Assembly: GCF_001194135.2 (NCBI RefSeq)
Contig: NC_068986.1
Location: forward strand, 81,612,834 to 81,676,833
DNA from: Octopus bimaculoides
Taxonomy: Eukaryota
DNA length: 64,000 nt
Direction: 5' to 3'
Part shown: positions 13,278 through 24,955 of the stretch, piece after piece
Layout of the letters: the number at the start of each line of letters is the position of its first letter
Position numbering within the stretch: the stretch's first letter is position 1
Notes under the pieces: generated by a model
The model's input: only the letters and a program-made list of their open reading frames with translations
What the model was told of the DNA's origin: nothing
Database searches by the model: none
Position numbers and translations under genes: made by a program

Positions 13278-13940
13278 TAAGGTGGCAAGCTGGCAGAATT
13301 GTGAGTATCCTGGACGAAATACTTGGCAGTATTTCGTCTGCCGCTACATTCTGAGTTCAAATTCTGCCAAAGTCGACTTTGCCTTTCACCCTTCCAAGGA
13401 CAATAAATTAAGTACCAGCGAAACACTGGGGTCGATGTAATCAACTAGTTCCCTCCCCACAATTTCAGGCCTTGTGCCTATGGTAGAAAGGATTATTGTC
13501 ATCATTATTAAAGTGGTAAGCTGACAGAATCGTGAACACGCCAGGTGGAATTCTTAGCGATATTTTGTCTGTCATTACATCCTGAGTTCAGATTCCACCA
13601 AGGTCAACTGTACCTTTCATCTTTCATTCTTTTGGGGTCGATAAATTAGATGCCAGTGAAACACTGGAGTCAATGTAATTGACTAGTCCTTTTCCCCCCC
13701 CAAAATTTCAGGCCTTGTGCCTGTAGTAGAAAGGATTATTATAATTATTGTTAAGGTGGTAGGCTGGCTGAATCATTGGCACGCCAGGCAAAATGCTTAG
13801 CAACATTTTATCCATCTTTATGTTATGGGTTCAAATTTTGCCAAGGTCAACTTTGCCTTTTAGCCTTTCAGGGTTAATGTAATCAACTTATACCCTCCAA
13901 CCAAATTTTCAGGCCTTGTACCGATAGTAGAAAAAATTTT
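13278..13940 (+). mobile_element. Three head-to-tail copies of tRNA-derived SINE family A
   Basis: Three units starting AAGGTGG...CTGGCAGAAT (A-box-like) with GAGTTCAAATTC (B-box-like) and ending CAGGCCTTGTGCC...AGAAAGGATTATT, separated by short (ATT)-rich spacers; starts near 13279, 13510 and 13752. Confidence 0.85.
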
Positions 13941-13954
13941 TATTATTAATTTAT

Positions 13955-14335
13955 TTATTTTATTTTACTTGTTTCAGTCATTTGACTGCGGCCATGCTGG
14001 AGCACCGCCTTTAGTCGAGCAAATCGACCCCAGGACTTATTCTTTGTAAGCCTAGTACTTATTCTATCGGTTTCTTTTGCCGAACCGCTAAGTGACGGGG
14101 ACATAAACACACCAGCATCGGTTGTCATGCAATGTTGGGGGGACAAACACACACACACACAGACACACATATACATATATACGACAGGCTTCTTTCAGTT
14201 TCCGTCTACCAAATCCACTCACAAGGCTTTGGTTGGCCTGAGGCTATAGTAGAAGACACTTGCCCAAGGTGCCACACAGTAGGAATGAACCCAGAACCAT
14301 GTGGTTGGTAAGCAAGCTACTTACCACACAGTATT
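13955..14335 (-). mobile_element. Near full-length family B tRNA-derived SINE
   Basis: Minus strand: CTGTGTGGTAAGTAGCTTGCTTACCAACCACATGGTTCTGGGTTCATTCC (A/B-box-like head), CCTTGGGCAAGTGTCTTCTACTATAGCC central block, internal (TG)n, AT-rich tail. Confidence 0.85.
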
Positions 14336-15337
14336 ATTATTATCATTATTGTTGTTGTTGTTGTTTTTATGTCACTGAGACAGTAGTTTTTTTTTTGTGC
14401 TGCTACACCTTACCAGTAATATCTGCTGTGTCTTCTGTGTTTTGTATTAACTGCAATCAGTTCTTGTGAACTAAAGTACCCCTCCCCAGTACTTTGGTGA
14501 ATTTATATAAGTGTGTGATGTGGCAGGTAAATGGCAGAATTGCTAGCTTGTTTGATCAAACTTGCAGTCTTTGGTTTTGTCTTCATATTTAGAATTCAAA
14601 TCCTGCTATAAAATTAGCATTGGGATTGATATATTGTAGGAAACAATATCTCAGCTTTTATTGACAACTGAAATCGATCCGGTACTTACTGTGTTATAGA
14701 ATTTCTCTTAATGCTGCCATGTTAATTACAACTGTCAGTACTTCTGTAAACTGGTACCAACTATAGGATTCTACATTTTGTAATAATTTCGCTTGGGTTT
14801 AACGTGTCGTGCTCATCAGTGCAAGGGAGACTACTGATACTGATCTCATTTTAAATGTTAAAATCTAGTATGTCTTGGGTTTTCTTCTTTACTCATCTCC
14901 TGTCTTTTTCCATTTCATTTCAATCCTACCTTATTATTCTGTGCTCGCAATATTAAACTAAATATTAATTTTTTTCATTTTAATCTCATTCACGAATTAT
15001 TTTGTGATCGACAATGTTTCCAATAAAGTTTTGAAGCCAGAAATTTTTTTTCATTTATAACAAACATCCGATGTAATTATGTCCCGTTATTAAGAATTGT
15101 CTCATTGGTTTTAAAAATATTTAATCGTTTTCAACAACCAAGTGTAGTGGGAAAATGTAACTTTCATAAAAACAAAAGTTTTCATAAGGTTTTATGACTC
15201 CAAGTATTAGATAGAATCTCAGGACTACAACACTTGTTATTTCGTAATTAGAGTAAGGACAGATATTCCTATGTGTAAATTTGTGGTAAGTTTCCAGTTT
15301 TAAATGTTCCTGTTGGGCCACAAATGTTAAGCTATTT

Positions 15338-15445
15338 CAGAAAGTTTCCATCTGTGTCACCGATTGGAAGGTTTCCACCTATGTCACCATTTGGAAGGTT
15401 TCCACTTGTGTCACCATTCAGAAAGTTATGACTTGTGTCACCAGT
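15338..15445. repeat. Four-copy 27-bp tandem repeat (consensus about TGGAAGGTTTCCACTTGTGTCACCATT)
   Basis: Units at 15338, 15365, 15392 and 15419, each exactly 27 nt, with substitutions but no indels. Confidence 0.9.
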
Positions 15446-16422
15446 CAAAGTTTACAAATTGATAAATTTCTTTTGATTTGTCCCAGATTTTCTTTAAGTC
15501 AATATTATTTTTCCCAGCTACATCTATACGTGGGTGAATATACATTTTGTGGTACTGCAGTTTGGCTTTCTTCAAGCCCACTCTGATATTACTTTTTGAC
15601 AAACTTCTCACATTGTTTAATGAAGCTAGTGATGTGATATTTTGCTTCCTGAACATTCTATAGATATTTCCACTACAATTAATCTATAATGGTTAACTTA
15701 CCTATTGAACAAATTTATCCCAGAAATTGGGTGACTGAATTAAAGAAAACAAAAATTCTCCCTTCTCATTTTGAGTAGATTTAAACAGAGTTGACTCTCT
15801 ATTCAGTGATACTGACAGTAGCGAGGGTATTGAGTGACTCTGGAGCGATGTTAATGAAATGGTTTGGCTTTCTGTATGATTTACATAATGATGCCACTTC
15901 ATATTTATAACAAAAGTGTATGTGGTACAGGAGGTTATAGAATTATATAGGAGTGTGTAAGTGTATAAGGTTGTGTGACAATGGGAGAAAAGTGTGGTCC
16001 TGATATATTTCCAGGTTGTGTAATGACGAAGGCTATGTAGTACTGATATATCATAACTGGATGTATCATACTGATTATTGAAACAGCTACATTAGGGGTG
16101 TGTATAAACCCTGTAATTAGCCTACATATCTTTTTAAAATATTCATGAAAAAGACTATATGAAATCTATTCTTGATGATTTTATAAAATTATGGGGTAGT
16201 GTAAAAAAAAAATTATAGAATTATATGTAAAATTTTTTTGAAAATTGATAAAAATTTATCCCAAAGAGAGAAGGAAAAAGAAATTTGTAAATGTAAGGGA
16301 GGTAACTTCAGTTATATTAAAAGATAAGCTATTCCATAACCGTCGGTGTGATCTTGTCCACACTTCACGGCTGTTAATATATTAAACAACTCACTAACCA
16401 GGGGTTAATCTTGTGACAGCAT

Positions 16423-16436
16423 GCGCGCGCGCGCGA

Positions 16437-16471
<35 letters not shown>

Positions 16472-16700
16472 AACCCCGCGCATACACACCAGTCCCGCGC
16501 ATACACATCAATCCCATGCACACACATCAATCTTGCGCACTAACACCAATCATATGCACACATACACCAATCACATGCACATATACACCAATCACACACA
16601 TACACACACCAATAACACGTGCATGCTACACATATCTCACACAACAAATATGCACACGACATATGCACACATTTGCTCACATTGCACACATAACTGGTAT
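16423..16700. repeat. (GC)n-(CA)n microsatellite decaying into ~21-bp ACACCAATCACATGCACATAT-like units
   Basis: GCGCGCGCGCGCG at 16423-16435, (AC)n at 16439-16470, then degenerate CA-rich repeats. Confidence 0.85.
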
Positions 16701-17149
16701 TTTTTTTTGTAGATATTTTCTGTATGTATAGTCACATTTATCATTGTATGGGTTAGAGACATCTGTGGGGATGAGGCGATGGACTTCTACCAACAATACA
16801 GAAGTTTGAATTTACTTGAGATGGGTTTTTCTTAAATTTATTTCTGTGCAGAATACTCAATTCTTCTAGATCCCTACAGTTTACTAATCAGTGGCTGGCA
16901 ATAGGTACTAGGCTTGTCCGGAGGGGTTATCTGTTAAAGACTACCCTACTTACCAGGGAAACATCTTCCATTTACTTAATACTACCTATAACCCACCCAT
17001 CCTGAGGTGAACTTCTACATGTACACTATATTTGTTGCTGTACTTGCTGTTTACTTTCATATTGCTGACAGCATTTCTGTACATTGTTTGTATGTAATAA
17101 GCCATTCACTTACTCCAAGCTTCCACAGGGAACACCAGATCACAGAACA

Positions 17150-17450
17150 AAGGACCTTGTTGAAAGCTTTTTCTACAGGCCAATGAAAGCTATTTGCAGT
17201 GGCTTACTTTTTTTTTTTTTTTTAGCTAACTACTTCTATGGCTGTCTTACATGAAAAAGGACATCAGTGGTAGTTCTCTGTGGTAGTAAACTAAACTGCA
17301 TCTCATCTAACCTCATTCTCTTCTTAATTAACTGGGCTATAACTCTTTCTGTAATTTTCATGAGCAGGTCCTGCAATTTCATACCTCTGCAATTACTTCT
17401 AAGGTCTAAGTGTGATTATGCAACCATCTTTGTAACAGTTATTGCATTGC
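17150..17450 (-). mobile_element. RTE LINE reverse-transcriptase fragment
   Basis: Minus strand RSNCRGMKLQDLLMKITERVIAQLIKKRMRLDEMQFSLLPQRTTTDVLF..., then KPLQIAFIGL*K.FNKV, equivalent to the RT 'AFVDLEKAFDRV' motif. Confidence 0.8.
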
Positions 17451-17611
17451 ATACCATATATGCTCGTGAAATACTTCTAAAGGTTATGTAACTTATGATG
17501 TCATCATAAAAAAATTTGCAGCCAAATCTCCAGTTTTATTTTGATCTTGATAGATGAAAAATACAAGGACCTATATCACTCTCTCTCTCTCCAATCAAGT
17601 TATTATCATTA

Positions 17612-17812
17612 TCCAGGCTGTGAGCTGACAGAATCGTTAGTATATATGCCTATCACTCCGTTCTGAGTTCAAATTCTGCCAAAGTTGACTTTGCCTTTCA
17701 TCCTTTCGGGGTTGATAAATTAAGTACCAGTTGAATACTAGGGTTGATGTAATCAACTCTTTGCCCCCCCCCCTTCACCAAAATTTCAGGTCTTGTGCTT
17801 ATAGTAGAAAGG

Positions 17813-17889
<77 letters not shown>

Positions 17890-17970
17890 GCTGGCCAGCT
17901 GGCAGAATCATTAATATACTGGGCAAAATGCTTAGCAACATTTTGTCTGGCTTTATGTTCTGGGTTCAAA

Positions 17971-18003
<33 letters not shown>

Positions 18004-18210
18004 GGCAGCAAGCTGGCAGAATTGTTACTACGCTAGACAAAATGGCTAGTGACTTTTCTTCTGAGTACAAATTCTGCCAAGGCTGACTTTGCCGTTCATC
18101 CTCTCAGGCTTGATGAAATAAGTACCAGTTGAACACTGGAGTCAATACAATCAGCTTACCCGCTTCCCCTAAAATTGCTGGTCTAGTGCCAAACTTCGAA
18201 CCCATTATTG
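17612..18210 (+). mobile_element. Cluster of family A SINE copies joined by long (TAT)n tracts
   Basis: Copies at about 17612-17815, 17889-17970 (5' part only) and 18000-18210; (TAT)n of about 24 units at 17814-17887. Confidence 0.8.
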
Positions 18211-19947
18211 ATATTATTAATTCTGGTGAGATATTTCACTTAACCAAGATATTTTTATATTTAACTTAATTAGGTAATGAAATATGTACATATTACAAAT
18301 ATGTACATAAACGTGGGTCTACATAAAAAAACCCCCCACCCCATATGCTCTGTAAAGTGGTTGGTATTAGGAAAGGCATCCAGCCATAGAAACCACTAGA
18401 ACTTGGCACAATCCTCTGTATGAATGTATGTTTTATGTATGTATGTAAAAATGTATCATAAACTGGTGGTAGATAGTGACTGTGTGAAATATTGGCATAG
18501 GATAATTTGGGAGGTTAGGTTAGACTTTACAATAACTAAAATGTTACTTAATTCTGACACTAATGTAGAATATTCCAACTTATACCAATGTAGGAAAGCA
18601 ACTATTAAACCAATGATAATGATGATGATTAATATAAAGTTATTATCAACTCTGCTAACTACATGAAGCATCTCACTCCTTCAAAAGAAGTGATATTACC
18701 TCCATAGATATAAAAAATATAGAGATTATATAATAATTGTAATTAAAACATATTCAGCTTACTTAAGAACCAAATTTTTAAACATGTTTATTTTTTCAAT
18801 ATGTGATGCTTTATTCTGTTTGTATTTATATTTCTGCTTTTATCTCAGTAAATGATTGTTTGAGAAGATATTGTCTTCAGAGATTAGCTGGTTCTCTTAT
18901 ATGTATTAATTATTAATAAAGTTGTTTTAATAAATTATTATCATAATTTGTTATAAGGATTAACTAAATCCATCTGTCTCTGAAAGTAATCTTAGAATTA
19001 TTGTAGCATTAAAAATAGAAATTGTTTTTTTTTACATTGCTGTGTTTCAAAATATGGATTATTTCATTAGAACTTAGATATTCTATCATTACTCTCTAAT
19101 TCCTTTCATGCTGTGTTTTAAACACACTTCCTTCCTATATTTGTTTGGATAAACTTTGACCGTTTACATATTCTTGATTTATATTTCCATAAGAAAATAT
19201 TAATTCCCTTTAGGTTCTAAAGAGTCTTTAATCTTGACTAATTCCTAACGACATGCAAAGCTATATTTCCCCCGATCAATAATATTTGATTTGTCCCTGA
19301 TAACATTTATTCTGAATCCTGTCTTTGTCTGTCTTAAGATATGTATTCTGATCAGTACTATTCTGCTGTATCTTTCAAACCCTCTCTCTGTGTTTGCCAA
19401 TTGTTTTATCTGTTTTCCACCTTTTATGAAAATCTATATCTAAATTTTGCAACATTTCTACACTTCATCTTTTATTTTTTTTTGTATTCTCAAATTATGA
19501 TAATCAGAATTACATCAAACGGACCATATGTATAGATACTGGTGGCTGTACTCAGTCTATGAGCTTAAGCCATTATATTCTTCTAAGACATTCCAGCCTT
19601 ACCATGTATTTGAACTTCAGACATATGAGCAGCTAGCTGGACAGCTAATCTACAATAAATTCTGATCTATATTTTAGAGATGAGGATTTCTGTACATTGG
19701 ATGGATGTGTCCTCATCTTGTTTGTTGTTACCACAACATTTCGGCTGATTTACTCTCCAGTTCTCATTCGTATTTTTTTTNNNNNNNNNNTCCAGTTCTC
19801 ATTCGTATTTTTTTTTTTTTTTGCTGATGTTATTATTTATTCAAGGCACTGCCTGGAATTGAACTCATTAAGTGCGTGAGTTAGTAGCCCACGCACTTAA
19901 CCATTACACTATATGCACATGGGCAATTATAGAGTGAATTTTAGGGC

Positions 19948-20523
19948 TTATAAACCTAATATTTTTATATCCTTTCTTAATACTGGTTCCCTTATTCTAC
20001 TCATATCTGCTCTAGGTTTGCTTAGGAGGTTGTTGTGTCCTAGCATATGTGCTGCCTCTTTTAGTTTATGTATTTTCCAGTGGTGTTCTCTGTCTATTAT
20101 TTTAACTTTATCCCACTGGGGAAAGTAGTCACCGCTTTTCCATGCATGATCTATACCTGGTTTTTCAGCATCTCCTTGTGTCACAGCTTTATGATGTTCC
20201 TCTACCCTTATTTTGAGTGGGCGGCACGTTCCCAACTTACCATAACTGCATAGGATGGAGTACACACAGTCTTTGGTCATATTCTCTTCTATTGGTGGTT
20301 TTACTTGAAGGAGATATTTGCGAAGTGTTGTATTACTCTTGAATACCATCCTGATATCATAAGGACTGCATACCTTTTGTATTTTTTCCAAGAGGCTTTT
20401 CATATAGGGTAAACAGACTGTGGTAAGTTTATGGGTTTCATCCTCTCTCCTCTTTCTAATTGGAGTGGATAGTATGTTTTTTGGGTAGTTGTTGCTTAAT
20501 AGATTGTTACTTAGCTTGATCAT
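19948..20523 (-). pseudogene. Penelope GIY-YIG endonuclease region (degenerate)
   Basis: LPYMKSLLEKIQKVCSPYDIRMVFKSNTTLRKYL...CVYSILCSYGKL-GTCRPLKIRVEEH...WDKVKIIDRE...KLKEAAH. The second 'YIG' motif appears deleted, so it is inferred to be inactive. Confidence 0.85.
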
Positions 20524-21349
20524 TTCTTCATGGTATGTATCAGGATCGCTACTTATATTCTTTGCTTGATGTTTTAGGCACTGAGCAATCTGATTCTTTA
20601 CACTGTATGGATGGTGGGAATTGAAGTTGAGGTATCGTCCAGTGACGGTTGGCTTGCAGTATACGAATGTCCTGTTATTAATACATCCAGGAACGCTAGC
20701 TGTTAGTCTTTTTCCTTTTCCATTGTGAACTGTATGGCTGGCTTTATTGAGTTGACATGATCTAGCAGTACTTGGACATCTTCTTGGTGGAGCTATAGTA
20801 TAAAGGTGTCATCAATGTATTAAAGCTATAGGGTTGGTTTTAGTGGTGTTGATCCTAAAGCCAAATTCTCAAAGTATTCCATGTATATATTGGCTATTAT
20901 CGGTGATAATGGCAAACCCATAGCTAAACCCTCATCCTGTCAATATATCTCAGTACCTTCTCTGAAGTAGGTAGTTTCTACACAGAAAGTCAACATTTCC
21001 ATCGAGTTCCCTATTGGTATACTAGTGCGATCTTTTAGATAGGTGTCCATCACTAGTTTTTCTTGAATCACTGATAGTGCTTCATCAGTTAGGATTTTGG
21101 TGAACAGACTATCACATATAGACTTACCATCTGGTTGGATCCAATAGGGATATCCTTGATCAATTCTGTGAAATGGGTGGAATGGGGGTATGCCCATGGG
21201 CATATAGCATAATGGTTAAGAGCGTGGGCTACTAACTCCAAGATTGTGAGTTCAATTCCAGGCAGGGCCTTGAATAAATAATAATAATAATATCAGCAAA
21301 AAGTACTTTAGGAATGAGAACCTAGGGTTGGGTTCAAAATTCTACTAGG

Positions 21350-21393
21350 ACATCTGATGAAGGCTGGAGAGTAAATCAGCCAAAACGTTGTGG
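21350..21393 (+). ncRNA. Minimal type I hammerhead ribozyme core in the Penelope terminal repeat (this copy mutated)
   Basis: CTGATGA (21354-21360), extra A, stem II GGCTG/CAGCC (21362-66/21377-81), AAAAC in place of GAAAC, palindromic ACGT stem III, short stem I. The left copy retains CAGCCGAAA (19738-19746, minus strand). Confidence 0.7.
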
Positions 21394-23769
21394 TAACAGC
21401 AGACAAAATGAAGACTCATATCTGTCCAATGTAAATAATGTGCTATAAATTCTGTAGATATTTGGCAACTGAGTGGATAATATGCTGCTGTACCTCTGAA
21501 TCAAAGATTGTAGGTTCCAACCATACTGCTAGCATTAGTTATGCTCCTAGGTTCACTGTTAGTTACACTCATTTCACAGCTCTGAACAGTTACCTTTGAA
21601 GACAATGAAAAGCTGCAGGTGTGGTTGAGAAGTTCGGTTTGCAACCTTGTGGTTTGGAATTCAATACAAGTGCATAACACCTTGTGTGACTAAAGCCTTC
21701 TAAGTGAATTTGATAGACAGGACTTTGAAGAAGCTGATCATGTGTGTTTGTGTCTCCATGATTTGACATTGCATGCTAATTGTCAACAAACTGTCACCAT
21801 CGTGCAAGCAGTATCATTCATTTACAGTCTTGCATGAAAACATATCCAGCTATTGAACTGTTTGTGCTTGAAAGACTATGGGAAATATTATGTTGCTTGG
21901 AAATAGGTGCAGTTTGGCACCTCAGTGAATTTTGTTCTGATCCATGCAAGCATGGAAAAGTGGGTGTCAAGAGGATTATGATGATATAATATAAACATGA
22001 ATTTTCAGAACTGTTGTGTACTTCCTAGATGTGATAATATGAATTTTACTCAAGGCTGCTTATAGTTAAAGGAGGGTAAAGTTGATTAAGTTGACTGCAG
22101 TATCCAACAGGTATTTATTTTATCAACTCTAGAAGGTTGAAAATCATTATCAGTTCTTGCAGAATTTGGACTCAAAATGTAGACGAACTAAATATTGTTA
22201 GAAATTTACATTAATGCTCTGTTATTTTTTTTCCCATCCAATTATCTTAGCATCATTGCAATACTTGGTATAAAGCTGTTCTAAAAAAATTGGGAAAAAA
22301 AAGACAACTATACATTTTAATTTTGAATTTTCCCTGTAATTTAACTTCCTATCAATTAGAATTTAAAATGAAATGGTCTATGCATTAATTAGAAGTTAAC
22401 TGTGTGAATAATTCTTTAATAACTGTAATTAGGCCACCTAAAAAAAAAAATTAACAAATCTGAATGTTGAAACAACTATGTCAAGTAGTTGGTATAAAGA
22501 TATTTTGAGAATAATTCCAAGATTATTAAATTGCTTCTGGTCAGGATTCCACATGCTGCCTGATAATCTACCTTGGATGCTTGAAATGGCTATTTTAGTT
22601 GTAGAATAATATTTCTACTTTTGGTGAATATAATCTGCTGACTGTTTGTTTCAAATAATTGGAATAAACTATTGCCAGCTGTGTGTATTTTAAAATATTC
22701 TGCCTTTAGAATAATCAGATCTATTTATCTGTGCAAAGCCTGCAAGTTTCCTACTCTTTTAAATATTTAAATGTATTGCCATTGAAGCATTAACAATCAA
22801 CGAAATTATTCAATGTCAAATCTGTGATTCAATCTTCACTGTAGGAAAGCCAATATCAAAGACTTGGTATGTTTTTCACTTTGAATAAATTCTTTAAAAG
22901 CCTCAATATGAATGAAACATTGCTGTTTAACATATTCCTATATATTCTAGCATTTTGTTTTTTAAGTGCAATACTTGTTTTTTAGACTTTAGTGTTTCTG
23001 TGATTGAAATAAAGCACAGCTTATTACTGAACTAAATTATAGCTGTAGGTGTGGCTATTAATTCTATAGCTGTAGGTGTAGGTATTTATTCTGTCCAACC
23101 ATATACTTTATTTCATGCCTTCTACACAGTTACTTTTATCAAATAAATCATTTTTTTATGTTCACCTATTTTAATTCCTCAAAATGTGTTGCTGCTTTCC
23201 AATTTCTCTCTTTTATTGAAAATAAAAGGGAAGATACTTTCGCATTTGATATATCTGTTTTGAGAGATTCCATTTGAATGTTAACCAAAATTTCCATATC
23301 TTTAAAATAGCTATGTAAACACATTTTGTAGAATTGATGGAATGGAAACCCATGTTTGTTACTATTTCATTGAACTTACAATCATGAAAAGTAAAATTCA
23401 GTCTGCTAGGATTAAAACTTTCGAAGAAGAAGAAGAACTAAAATAATCAGAAAGATTTAATTTTACACTCATGATGATGATGGAACCATAGAACTAACAT
23501 ATTGAAAATATTATTGTACAAATTTGGAAATTGATAAATAGATTTCATATCTACCAGAATGATTTAAATGTTTAATTATATTGAATCCTTCCTGGTGCTA
23601 TGATAACTCACTGCTTATCTTTAATTCTGTTATTGTTTCTCAAATAACATCTCAAATATACTTCTTGGAACTAATAATTCATCTTGAGAGTTGAATATTT
23701 AATTATACTTTAAGACATGAAAGATGGAGTTTATATTTTATTGCACAGCGAGAGTTGACAATTATTTTG

Positions 23770-24790
23770 GTGATGAATTTAGTATGAAGATAGGAATTAA
23801 TTAAGGCTCAGTCCTCTCCTTTTTATCATAGTCCTACAAGTCATCACAGAGGAGTTTAAGACATGGGAATTACTATATGCTGATGATCTAGTTCTCATAG
23901 CTAGATCTATAGGGGACTTAGAGAGGAAATTTCGAGTATGGAAGCCAAACCTAGAATCAAGAGGTCTTAAGGTGAAATTTGTAAAGACAAAGGTTTTAGT
24001 AAGTAGGAAAGAAGACAGGAATCTTGGATCTTCAGCATCATGCTTGATATACAGGAAAAAAGTAAGTATAACCACCATATGCTGTATACAATGTAAACTA
24101 TGGACACACAAGAGATGTAGTAGAATCACAGGCAGATTAACAGAGAAAGTAAGCTTTGTATGTAACAGTTGCACTGTAGCAGTACATAATATGAACACAC
24201 CAGAAATAGATTCTCTTAAATGCCCAGATAGCTCACTAGAAGTCAATAGCTTTTGTTATCTAAGGTATGTAATTAGTAGAGGAGGTAATTGTTCCAAAAG
24301 TATAGTAAGAGCTGGTTGGAAAAAGTTCAGGGACCTTCTACTGCTGTTGGTAACAAACTTTTTCTCATTCAGAGACTGGAAAATTGTATGATGCTTCTGT
24401 TAACTGCAATGCTGCATGGTTGTGAGACATAGGCCTTGAATGCAGAGGACTTAGCAAGCCTGGAGAGAAATGAAGCAAGTGTGCATGAATGGCACAGTAC
24501 AAGTATGCTGAAAGAAAAACTAAGCACAAGAAGAATCAGATGTAGTGTGCAAGAAAGAAGACTTGCTGGTTTAGTCATGTGGTGTGTTTGGATGAGGACA
24601 TTTGTATAAAGAAGTACTGACCACTTTAATGGAGCTTGTAGAAGAGGAAGACGTGAAGACCTAGGAAGATATGACACATGTTGAAGGCTGATTTTAGGAC
24701 CTTGAACATCAAGGAAGAGATAAGGGACTGGAATGAATGGTAATATGTAGTTCTTGAGAAGACCCATACAGTTTGATGAAAGTAAGTTCT
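23770..24790 (+). mobile_element. RTE LINE, RT C-terminal half to 3' end
   Basis: Open frame from 23807: LSPLLFIIVLQVITEEFKTWELLYADDLVLIARSIGDLERKFRVWKPNLESRGLKVKFVKTKVL... with YADD at 23876-23887; it continues through ORF 23972-24391, then decays. Confidence 0.92.
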
Positions 24791-24955
24791 GGAAGCAAAC
24801 TGTATCATCATTTAATGTTGTCCATGATGGCATGGGTTGGACAGATTGACCAGAGCTGGCAAGTTGGGGAGTTGCACCAGACTCTGGTTTGATTTGGCAT
24901 GGTTTCTATGGCTGGATGCCCTTCCTAATGCCAACCACTTTACAGAATGTGCTGG

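Larger units (their letters stand above)
19693..21433 (-). mobile_element. Penelope-like retroelement: 5'-truncated RT + GIY-YIG ORF flanked by inverted terminal repeats (19693-19925 and 21191-21433)
   Basis: Minus-strand DSLFTKILTDEALSVI..., QDEGLAMGLPLSPIIANIYMEYFE, YIDDTF (20808-20819), GRYLNFNSHHP, then the C-terminal ORF 19948-20523. The two flanks are reverse complements of each other. Confidence 0.92.

Noticed and set aside
19761-19820. Apparent direct repeat TCCAGTTCTCATTCGTATTTTTT on both sides of a 10-N gap
   Set aside because: Typical unmerged contig overlap, not a biological duplication.
21200-21270. tRNA gene (also tRNA-like heads at about 51665 and in families A and B)
   Set aside because: A/B boxes are present but the acceptor stem is poor and the sequence is an integral part of mobile repeats.
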